A stretch of DNA of 64,000 nucleotides. Origin: Paraspadella gotoi. Lineage: Eukaryota > Animalia > Chaetognatha. The notes beneath the pieces were generated by a model. The model had not been told where the DNA came from and did not search any database. It saw only the letters and a list, made by a program, of their open reading frames with translations. The stretch is from NCBI GenBank assembly GCA_051294375.1, contig CM119267.1, positions 13,755,326 to 13,819,325 of the forward strand. Reading direction: 5' to 3'. Every line of letters starts with the position of its first letter. Positions within the stretch are counted from its first letter, which is position 1. Of this stretch, positions 51,876 through 63,058 are shown in pieces. The translations under genes and the position numbers were made by a program.

Positions 51876-54800
51876 ATGGAGTTTATACAATACCTAAAAA
51901 GCCCCGAACTTGTCTGTTCCATACAAAACTACTTTGGTCTTTATCGAACAACACATTGCGAATCAACGCCTATAGCCCCAACGCCTGGACTTTCCGGAAC
52001 AAAATTAGAGGCTTACGATGAAGAACCTCACATTCAAAGCCGGAAGAGGGCCGAGAACGCGACTGCTCTGCACGACCGATTGCCCAACGGTGGTCCAGCT
52101 GCTTATATGTCCAACGCCGCTGGAATCGCCGAAAGTCTGCGCAGTTCGGGCTTAGAAGCTCACGGAATATTTTCCGTGCGAGTTGCCACTTCCGCCGGTT
52201 CCTCGTCACGAGCCACACCTTGCAGCAGTAGTGGGGACGAAACCGCGCAGGATGACGGCGACGGTGCTAGTAATAGCTACGTGGCGTCCTCATTTTGGCA
52301 TACTTTATTTGCCGTTGCGTCGAATCTTGGGAATGAAGTTTTTTACTGCTCATTCTTTCCTTTCTGGTTTTGGAACGTCGATACATTCGTCGCGAGACGG
52401 GTAGTCATGCTTTGGGCGCTCAACCTTTATTTCGGACAGGTTCAGTAACTGGGAAAATATTTATAACGGGAACCTAAATGCTAGATAATTTCTTCTTGCT
52501 TTCTCAGGCTTTGAAGGATGTAATACGTTGGCCACGTCCGGCTTCTCCGCCCGTCGTTCGTTTGGAGGATCGTTACGCGCTAGAGTACGGGATGCCGTCC
52601 ACCCACGCCATGGTTGGTGTCGCGATTCCGTTTGGACTTCTCATCACCAGCTTACCTCGTTATAATCTTATATTGTGGCTTAGTCTTTCCATTGCCTTCA
52701 TCTGGACTTCTTCAATATGCCTCAGTAGAATTTATCTTGGTACGATATAGTCAATACCCCTTTATCTCAAGTTTTTAGTTTCTCATACCCCATCTATGTA
52801 AATCATTTCTGTAAATAAATAAATAAATACACTGAAGTTTTTCTTCTTTTCTAACCATTGTCAGTATTATATTGAATCCTTGAATCAGTTAGTGATTTTT
52901 CTTTTCAGGAATGCATTCCGTTTTGGACATTTTGGTTGGCATACTTTTGACGGCGGGCATGATGGCTGCCTATTTGCCTTTTTCTGATTACGTGGATGCC
53001 TTCTTTCTTTGGAACTCCATGTCACCCTTTGTCGTCGCTGGAGCCGCCGTTCTTTCCGCAATATGCTATCCGTCTCTTGATCGATGGTCCACGGCTCGTG
53101 GTGATACCACGACAGTTATGGGCTCTATGTCGGGCGTTCTCATTGGATCTTGGCTAAATTGCCGTCTTGGGTAAAGCGACTTATACGTATTCTTAAGGCC
53201 CGTCTTGTCGTGATGTTGGTTCGCTTCTGCTTTTTTTTTACCGTTGTCGTCAGCGTCACGCTTTCATACCATTGGAAATTGTAAAAGTGTGTAACCATAG
53301 GAAGCTAAAAATTTAGATATAGCTTCTAATAAGCAAGATCTTTTAGATTCACATGTTTCATATTGCTACACGCATTTGTTTGTTTTATTTACAAAACAAT
53401 TATATACAGTCCTGTGCAAAAAAAAACGCGCCACTTTATAATTTTAAATTCCAGACCCTTTATAAAAACATTTTTAAAAATTTTATACCACTTCATTGAC
53501 AGGGAAGCCAGGTACTCTGGGAGTGAATAAACGAGACTGTGAGAGAGAAAGCTTGCAGGGACCTGCTATGTCATTATCTTGGAAGAGTGATGTAGGCCTT
53601 AAACCACCAAAGCCTGTCCAAAGTCAGGGGCAAGATAGCTTATTTATTAAATGAATGGATAATTTTTATATTGGGTGTACCAATTTCATAAAAAATAAAA
53701 TTTATTAAAAAAAGAATTAATGTGATTAAATTTTCTTACAATCGGTCAAGTGGTTTAGAAGATATGATTTTTGAAACTTGAGTATTCCAAAGCCAAACAG
53801 GAAAATCGATATTAGTGAATACTAATCTGTATTTATTTTTTTTTTTTTATAAATCGAATAGCCCAGTCAGCTTATTTTGTAGATGGTACTACCCTTATAT
53901 AATATTAAAATTTCAACAATTTTTTTTTTTAATTCTGAGAACAGATTCAGATTCCTCATTAAAAGTTGATAAAAGTAGCGGTAGCCGACCAAATTCAAAT
54001 TTTAATGGGAACAGCATTAAATTAATCCATTATTGGTATTAATTATTGTATTAAAATATTTTTTTGCAAAAATGTTCCCCAACTATGAATAATTCACTAA
54101 TTAATATTATTATATTGCTATATAATGTCAAAAAATTTTTTTTGATAATTTAAGTTTTTTAAATTGATTCTGATAGAGCTTAAAAAGTTAAGCAAAAAAT
54201 ATAATTACAACTTTTTAAAATTTTAATGTTTTATTACTTAAAATTAGTAAAAACTGCTGAAATCATCTGATGATGATGATGATGATGATTTTTTAAGGTT
54301 TTTCTCAGTTTTGACCCACTTATCATCAAAATATTGAAAAAAGAATTATACTTTGTGTAAACAACTTTTATAAGCTATCTGAATCTGCTTTTAAGAATAC
54401 AAAATTTAAAAAAAATTTTTTGACATTTCCTATCTATAAATAAATATTAAAAAATTAATTATTAATGCTTTTAGCCATTTTAAAAAATTTTGGTCTATTG
54501 AAAGTTTTCTCAGTTTCATTTGGAAAGGTTCCCAAATCAATCTTCTGACCTACCCCATTGACAAAGTTTGGCTCTAATAAAAGAAAATAAAAATCTTTTT
54601 AAAAATTTTTTTTTAAATATATTAAGATTATAAAAATTTATATTTTTAAGCTGGAAATTAAAAATTGGTGTCTTAAATAAAGTTTTTTACATTTTTAACC
54701 AACATAATGAAAGAATTTTTAAAAAAGAATTATATTTTTATATTAACTTTTTGCAAAAAATTTAAATCCGATCTTAAAATTTAAAATTTTGCATTTAGAA

Positions 54801-57800
54801 ATTTTAGTTGTTATATATTTATTATTATATATAAATATAGCTTACTGGTGCCCACTAATGTATAAAATTAAAAATTAAATTTACTAAAATATTTTTTTTT
54901 GTTTTTATTTTCATGTTTTATATGCTAAATTTTAATTTTCTAAATTTTTTTTCATTTTTACATCATTTTATTTGTTATTATTGCATAAATAATCCATTAT
55001 TATTACATTAATACTTAGTTATTGTATCAATCATTCTTTTTATTTTTAATTTTTCATTAATTTTTTTTAATGGTAACATCTGGCGAGATCATTATTCTTT
55101 CAAGATTTTTTTTTCTCTTACTCATATACGCATATTTTATTTACGGCAATGATTATAACCGCATAAATGATTATCATCGCATCAATCATTAGTTATCATT
55201 GTATCAATATTTGGTTATCATCGCATCAATATTTGGTTATCATCGCATCAATATTTGGTTATCATCGCATCAATAATTGGTTATCATCGCATCAATAAAT
55301 TTTTATTGTATCAATCAATTACTATTATATCAATCAATTACTATTGCATCAATTACTATTGTATGGCAACAGCCGGGTTGCCTGTGATGCCCATTGGGAT
55401 GGGGCATCTTACAGTTGGCTTTGGGGGCTTCCGACCCTCAGTGACGCTTCCAGTCACTGGCGCGGTTACCCTAGGACGGTCTCGCTTTGCCAACGCAGAG
55501 GGAAGTCATTAGGTCTGTGGATGGAATACTACATTATACTACACTATGGTGTGTTCCCCCACTGAGCCAATAGATTTGGCTGAAGGATGGTGGACGTGAG
55601 GCGGTTTGAATATACCGCCACAATTGCATCAATCACTAAATCAATTACTATTACATCAATCTATCATTATTCTATCAATAATTCATTATCACATCAATAA
55701 TTCATTTTTTTTTTTCATTTTCTTTAATAGTAACGTCTGGCGAGATCACTATAGATTTACTATACTTTTAAGATTTTTTTTTAGTCACGGCTTTAGATAT
55801 GTTTGTCTGTATGTCGGTCTGTGAATACTGGACATTTAATTAATAAGATTAAAAAGTTTTAAAAAATGTGACATGTTTTCGGAGATGCATTAATTATGAA
55901 AGTGATAAATTTTAGCCTGTCTTATTATTATTAAGGGGTTTTACAATCAAAATTTATAGGTTCCTAAAACCGCCACTTTCTCCACCTCCTTACGAAATCA
56001 TTTATCCTTCATTCCGTGACATGGGCGTCAGCTTACTACGGACCAGCATTGGCGTCCTCATACTTCTTGCAACTCGTGCTGTCGTTAAGCTGGTCGTTTT
56101 TTGGGGCCTCAAGCTTACTTTCACTATAGATGCTAAGTCTAAAGAAGATCTAAAGGTGCGTTAACTGACCATTAAGGCGTAGTGAAAGTTGCAGATCAAA
56201 ATTTGAATAGTTGTTCAATGTTCAGGAACAATCTTGTACTAAAGAATATATATTGATATATAAAAAAACAAGTTTGAGCAAACAATGTCGGATCTGCTTA
56301 TGATAATTAAGCGTTAATAAGCTAATCCGATGATAAATCATGGCACCTTTTCGGACTCTCAATTTGTGATTATAACAAATCATTACAGACTAAATCTATG
56401 AAAAAATTTATAAATCAATTGATCTATCAGTCATTACCAGAAGCTGTGCCAATACTAACTTGCATAATTTGGTCAACAGGCATAATTTGGTGAATTGGTA
56501 TAATATGGTCAACTGATGTAATTTTGTCAGGTGACGTAATTTTGTTAAGTGACGTAATTTTGTCAACTGGCATGAATTGGTCAACTGGCATGAATTGGTC
56601 ANNNNNNNNNNNNNNNNNNNNNNNNNNNNNNNNNNNNNNNNNNNNNNNNNNNNNNNNNNNNNNNNNNNNNNNNNNNNNNNNNNNNNNNNNNNNNNNNNNN
56701 NNNNNNNNNNNNNNNNNNNNNNNNNNNNNNNNNNNNNNNNNNNNNNNNNNNNNNNNNNNNNNNNNNNNNNNNNNNNNNNNNNNNNNNNNNNTTGATCAAC
56801 TGGCATAATTTGGTCAACTGGCATAATTTGGCAACCGGCATAAATCGATCAACTTCCATAATTTAATCAACTTCCATAATTTAATCAACCTTCCAATGAT
56901 TTAATCAATTCCATGATTTAATCAACTTCCATGATTTAGTCAACATCGGCATGAATTTAACATCAACTTCCATGTTTAATCAATCTCCATATTAATCACC
57001 CTAATACAACCATGTCACCCAATTATTTAATCAACTTCCATATTAATCAACTCCATATAATCAAACTTCCATGATTTAATCAACTTCCATGATTTAATCA
57101 ACTTCATGATTTAACAAAAACTTTCCCATGATCTTTAATCAACTTCCATGATTTAATCAACTTCCATGATTTAATCAACTTCCATGATTTAATCAACTTC
57201 CATGATTTAATCAACTTCCATGATTTAATCAACTTCATATTTTAATCAACTTCCATGATTTAATCAACTTCCATGATTTAATCAACTTCCATGATTTAAT
57301 CAACTTCCATGATTTAATCAACTTCATTGATATTTAATCAACTTCCATGATTTAATCAACTTCCATTTATTTAATCAACTTCCATGATTTAATCAACTTC
57401 CATGATTTAATCAACATCGCATGATTTAATCAACTTCCATGATTTAATCAACTTCCATATTTAATCAACTTCCATGATTTAATCAACTTCCATGATTTAA
57501 TCAACTTCCATGATTTAATCAACTTCCTTGATTTAATCAACTTCCATGATTTAATCAACTTCCATGATTTAATCAACTTCCATGATTTAATCAACTTCCA
57601 TGATTTAATCAACTTCCATATTAATCAAACTTCCATTGATTTAATCAACTTCCATGATTTAATCAACTTCCATGATTTAATCAACTTCCATGATTTAACA
57701 ACTTCCATGATTAATCAATTCATGAATTTAATCAACTTCCATGATTTAATCAACTTCCATGATTTAATCAACTTCCCATGATTTAATCAACTTCCATGAT

Positions 57801-60800
57801 TAATCAACTTCCATGATTTAATCAACTTCCCATGATTTAATCAACTTCCATGATTTAATCAACTTCATGATTTTAATCAACTTCCATGATTTAATCACTC
57901 ATGATTTAATCAACTTCCATGATTTAATCAACTTTCCATGATTAATCAACTTCCATGATTTAATCAACTTCCATGATTTAATCAACTTCCATGATTTAAT
58001 CAACTTCCATGATTTAATCAACTTCCATGATTTAATCAACTTCCATGATTTAATCAACTTCCATGATTAATCAACTTCCATGATTTAATCAACTTCATGA
58101 TTTAATCAACTTCCATGATTTAATCAACTTCCATGATTTAATCAACTCCATGATTTAATCAACTTCCATGATTAATCAACTTCCATATTTAATCAATTCC
58201 TATGATTTAATCAACTTCCATGATTAATCAACTTCCATGATTTAATCAACTTCCATGATTTAATCAACTTCCATGATTTATCAACTTCCATGATTTAATC
58301 AACTTCCATGATTTAATCAACTTCCATGAAATTTAATCAACTTACATGATTTTCATTCATGATTAACAACTTCCATGATTTAATACCCGCATGATTTAAT
58401 CAACTTCCATGATTTAATCAACTTCCATGTTTAATCAACTTCCATGATTTTCAACTTATAATTTGGGTCAACTGGCATATTTTTTCAACTTGTATAATTT
58501 GGTCAACTTTGTAAATTTGTCAACTTGCTATAATTTGGTCAACTGGCATAATTTGGTCAATTAATCAATCACTCAGAGAGAGATAGAGAGAAACTTTTTA
58601 AAAATTGACATAAATGTGTCTTTTGGTTTTCTGTTTAAACTCTTTTCCACTCCTATGATTCCATCAAAAAACTTATATCAGCTTAATCACATAGTTTCCT
58701 ACCCACACACAAAATTTCATTTCAATTTATCTATCCAATTTTTAATCAATATAATAATTATGAGTAAATATAAGTTAAAATGCTTCAAGTAAATATGACT
58801 TCTGTTTTTTTCCATTTAAATCATTTCCATTTCCAATCATTAGTGGTAATTAATTAATAAATTAATTAATTTAATCCAAAAAGTTTGTTTTTAGATCTTT
58901 TCGTCACTTACCATGACAAAAGCAATGAGGACGATGATGGCGACGACGAAAATAATGCCGATAACGATTGACTTGATTGATTGATTAAATAATTAATTGA
59001 TAAATTGATTGATTGAATAATTAATAGATCAATTAATTATTAATTGACTGAATAATTAATTATTGATTAATTAACTAATTGATTAATTAAATCATTTATT
59101 ATTTGATTAATTTTTACATCTTGCATTTACATTTAATATAAAATAAAAAGTGAAACAGGTTTTTTTCTTTTTCCATTTAAACTCATTTCCACTCAGACGA
59201 TTCCATCGAAACTTTATTTCCAGCTTAATCGCATACTTTCCTACCCACATACAAAATTTCAAGTCAATCGTCCTGTAGTCGGGCATTGCCTAGGTTCACC
59301 CCGCCAAGAATCATGACACTTTCAGTTGTGACCCGGTGGCTCATTGAGTAAAGCCATCAGCTCATGACCACTAGGTACCGGGTTCAATCCCAACCCGGTA
59401 CCTACCCTGCGGGAAGCGTGAGGACGGTCATAAGCCGCCTTGGGGGCATGGCAAACCCTCAAGCCTGGTTCCAAGCCCAGGGACCCGTTCCATGGCTGCT
59501 AGAGGGGGTTATAGAAGTTACGGACAGTCATCTTCAGCCCACGTAGCGCCTTATCCACAGTCCCATCCATTGGCGTTCAAATAGTGAAATATATTTTTTT
59601 GTTTTTTCCTTTATTCTTTTCCACTCGTACGATTCCATCAAAACTTCATATCTAGCTTAATCACACACTTCCCTAGCCACACACATCCATCCATCCAATC
59701 ACGAGTAATTGGAGTTTTTTGGCTAAAGATGGGACGGACGCGATGGACATCGTTTTTTTTTTTTTTGCATAATTTATCATAATTCGATATTCTGACATGA
59801 TATATAATGAATTACCGCGACGCCGCCTGCCCCGTCCGCCGCTCCCCACTAGCCTTCCACTCCCGCGCTCCGCCCCGCCCCCCCGCCGGCCTCCGCCGAC
59901 CCGACCCCACCGCGCCCGCGCCGCCGCCCCGCGCCCTCCACCCCCACCCTCGCCACCGCCCACCACCCACCCCATCCGCCGCATCCGTCCACCCCACCAC
60001 CACCCTCCCACCACCGCCCGCCCCCCCCGCCCCCGCCCCTCCCCACACCCCCCCCCCCGCCGCCCCGCCCCCCCTCCGCGACCACCCCCCCCGCCCGCCC
60101 CCCCGCCTCCCGCCCGCCCAAGATTGAGGGGGCGGGCCGACAAGTGAATTGAGGAATCTGCTTTATAAGCATTCCGACTAAATATTTTTAATTTTTCGGA
60201 TACGCCCATATTTATGCATATTACTTAACATAGAAAAAGTCAATTTTTTTAAAAAGTTGCTAAAAGAAAAAACAAATTTTAATCAAAAATTTCATTAAGT
60301 GAGCTAAAAATTAAACTATTTTTTATACTAAAATTAAATTATAAGTTAACTATAACAGTTTTTGAGGATTTTGACCAACTTAACAGGAAATATAATTCTT
60401 TTAAAAAACTTATTTCATTATAAATTTTTTGTAAGGAATTCAAATCTGCTTTTAAAAATAAGGGGAAAAAATTTAAAATTTTAACATTTTTTATGGTGAC
60501 TATTATTGGTGAGTATTATCTATATATATCTATCTATATATATATATCTATAAATATTAAATATGGGCGTATTTATTTAAAAATGTTCTCAGGTAAAAGA
60601 CTGTTCATGATCTACTATTCGAATTTTGATTCAACTTGATTTTAATATTTTTGCTACGCTTTACTGATCATAATTATTACTATTTGGCGTTATATTCTTT
60701 TATAATAATTTCTTTAGGTCGAATTTCCCTACAAGTTTTTGCCATACGCAGCTATGGGCTTTATCGCCATATTTTTTTGTCCAATCGCATTTGAAATTTT

Positions 60801-60837
60801 AAATATTGCAAGAATAACAAGCTATACCGAGATATGA
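51876..60837 (+). CDS. SGPP: Sphingosine-1-phosphate phosphatase (PAP2 superfamily)
   Basis: Exons 51876-52439, 52508-52739, 52909-53170, 55960-56155, 60718-60837, all in phase. PAP2 motifs KDVIRWPRP (C1), EYGMPSTH (C2), SRIYLGMHSVLD (C3), plus WSTARGDTT and the C-terminal VEFPYKF...SYTEI*. AATAAA near 60973. Confidence 0.93.
55362..55622 (-). mobile_element. Solo-LTR-like/TRIM element, family A copy 2 (Pol III box-like head plus twister)
   Basis: 4-bp TSD ATTG (55358-55361 / 55623-55626) interrupting a host repeat. Minus strand begins TGTGG and ends CCATA; terminal hairpins; A-box-like TGGCTCAGTGG; homologous to 13814-14068. Confidence 0.85.
55414..55494 (-). ncRNA. Twister ribozyme, type P5 permutation (family A, best-preserved copy)
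   Basis: Minus strand: P5 GUUGGC - aaa - P2' GCGA - GA CCG - P1 UCCUAGGG - UAA - P2 CCGC - GC - P3 CAGUGAC/GUCACUG - P4 AGGG - L4 U CGG AAGC - CCCC - aaa - P5' GCCAAC. Predicted U/A cleavage between 55468 and 55467. Confidence 0.85.
56440..58560. repeat. 18-bp tandem satellite (ATTTAATCAACTTCCATG)n with diverged ATAATTTGGTCAACTGGC flanking units
   Basis: Directly visible tandem array; interrupted by Ns at 56602-56791. Confidence 0.95.
56602..56791. other. Assembly gap
   Basis: Run of Ns. Confidence 1.
59274..59559 (+). mobile_element. Solo-LTR-like/TRIM element, family C (tRNA-like head plus twister), inserted in a HINE inside SGPP intron 4
   Basis: TSD GTCC (59270-59273 / 59560-59563); TGTAG...CCACA termini. 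A-box-like TGGCTCATTGAG, B box GGGTTCAATCCC, and an anticodon-loop-like CTCATGA (~59330-59400). Confidence 0.85.
59409..59488 (+). ncRNA. Twister ribozyme, type P5 permutation (family C; P2 imperfect)
   Basis: P5 GCGGG - aa - GCGU - GA GGA - CGGUCA - UAA - GCC - GC - P3 CUUGGGGG/CCCUCAAG - P4 CCUGG - L4 U UCC AAGC - CCAGG - ga - P5' CCCGU. Predicted cleavage at 59431/59432. Confidence 0.72.
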
Positions 60838-61081
60838 ATTTCGGTTATTTTTCGATTTATCACAAAGAAACTTAACTAGTCTTTTAGGTTTAATAATGAC
60901 TATCTAAATGTATTTACAAGTTCTATTCGTTATCAGTGCTTGACTTATTGTTTTTTTACTGTATAAATTAAATAATAAAACAGTATTATTACTTTCTGAA
61001 TTTTTAAATTTATTCCTATCTTAATAATTAAAGTTAGTGAAATTTAATTTTTTATTTATTTACAAAATTAATTGCCTACTG

Positions 61082-61335
61082 TTTGGCAATAGCGCTGATC
61101 GCCTGTGATGCATCTCACAAACTGGCTTCAGAGGAATCGAAACTTCAGCGGCTGCCTCAGACTACTTGCGTATTTATGTACTGCGATTCAGTCACACTTT
61201 AGCAAGGAAACAGATTTCCCATGGAATGAACGCGAAATGTCATGTTTTAACTGACCTGTTCGGCCATTGGGGATTGGATTTTTAAAAACAATGAATTGAG
61301 CCTGTGGCGGCTCTAATATTTAGTTTTCACTACGA
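61082..61335 (-). mobile_element. Highly decayed family-A-like element
   Basis: TTTGGCAATAGCGCTGATCGCCTGTGATG-CATCTCACA aligns by eye with the family A end TATGGCAACAG..GGTTGCCTGTGATG..CATCTCAC. A-box-like TGGCCGAACAGG on the minus strand; twister region eroded. Confidence 0.4.
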
Positions 61336-63015
61336 GGCTAAAAATTTTAAATTACTTGGCGAACAAAATTTGCCAAGTATGAAAAAACTATGATCTGGTT
61401 CAAGATGTAAGTCTCAGTTTTCTCTTGTTTTATTTATATATATCGCTCTTTGTCTGGTGTACGATGGGATGGAATTAAAAATAGCCGTGTTTGCCGAACT
61501 GGTACGAGAAAGAGAAGAAAGAGGGAAGTAAGAGAGCAAACCTGAGAAGTCGCCTTTTCACTGTTTAAGATCTTCCAAGTTGGTGATTTTTTTTCCTGCT
61601 TTTTATACATAAACGTTAAATAAATTTCTTCCGGCAAAAAAGAACGGCTATGGTTTTCGAATGTTATCACAACCACTCTTAACCCTAACTAGTAACTACC
61701 CTTAACCATCCCTAACCCTAAATACCTCTAATCTTAACCAAACTTTATCGGAGTTGGATAATATATGGATATTAAGGGGAAAAAAATATTGTACAGAAGT
61801 CTTGATTTTAGAAAATGCTCTGTTTCTGACTGAGAATCGGTTCTGACTAATTCACTGAATCAAATTCTATGAAATTGGTACAACCAATATAAAAATTATC
61901 CATTCATTTAATAAATAAGCTATCTTGCCCCTGACTTTGGACAGGCTTTGGTGGTTTAAGGCCTCCATCACTATATGATTTTGCATACAGTATCACAATG
62001 GGACTATCGAGGCGATTTTCAATATTTTACCCTTGAGCTAAGATACAGGGCCTTGGGTATCACCCGACGGGGGCAAAAAATTACAATTTTTTTTATTTGA
62101 AAAAAAGATTTTTGAAGCGAGTAAAAAAATAACTGATTGGGTCGGTTCCAGTCGGCGAAAGTAAAATAGTGCCGAAAAGGTAGTTGCGGGAATTGTGGCT
62201 ACGAAGGTTTCGTAGCCACGGGGTGTGGTCATTATTTTTAGCGGTAGCTAAGGAGGCCAGTTACTGACACTCTCTCTCTCTCTTACTTACTTTATCTGTG
62301 CCGTGCTCTCTTTTTAGTCTCGTCTTATGATCTTCCATGGTCAACATCTTTATCACATTGTTATTCGCCAATAAAATATGATTATGACCGCTACAGTACA
62401 GAATGATCTTTTTAGCAACTTAACGTCCATTTTTTTCACGATCGCATGAACTACTTGCATCGAGAGAAATATTTTCGTAAAAGCTTAATTTTAAGAGGCA
62501 GATAAGTCGGCGCTACACATTCAGCAGTTTCACCACGTCACTCGGTCTTGGCAATAGAGACAGTATTGAATACTCTTCAATCTTCATGTATAGGCAGATG
62601 ACAACTTCGGAGCTTGAACCTCGGCCCTATAGATGGCCCAGCTTATTTTTACATTCGCCGACCGGGATTTTGCGGTCGGTTATTTTTTTTTTTCGCTTAT
62701 TATGAGCGACTTATATAAAAATCTCGCTACGCAAAAAATAAAAATAAGATACTGGTAAGGGTAGAAAAACTTTTTATTACAAATTCCTAACTACCCCTAA
62801 CCCTAACCACCCCTAATCCCTAACCAACCGTAACCCAATTGCTAACCGTTTAAAATATATAATATAAAAATAGTGTTTTTCCTTTCCTTATTTGTTTACA
62901 TACGAGTTTTATTTAAAAAAAACAAATTTCGGATATGTTTCGGCTTCAATGTAAATTTTCTTCAGCTCAAAAACGAATTGATTTTTAAAAAGAATATTTT
63001 TACAGACTAAAATTT

Positions 63016-63058
<43 letters not shown>

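Larger units (their letters stand above)
56266..60183 (-). mobile_element. HINE-like element expanded by an 18-bp satellite and a nested solo LTR
   Basis: AACAAGTTTGAGCAAACAATGTCGGATCTGC at 56267; other end GAATCTGC..GCATTCCGACTAAA at ~60155-60183; includes the N gap. Confidence 0.65.

Noticed and set aside
56840-58460. CRISPR-like regular repeats
   Set aside because: Head-to-tail 18-bp units with no unique spacers, eukaryotic context, no cas genes.
59815-60120. GC-rich Pro/Gly/Arg ORFs and G-quadruplex-like tract
   Set aside because: Aperiodic C-rich noise replacing a few bases of a HINE, next to an error-rich satellite; most likely a low-quality long-read artefact, not a gene.
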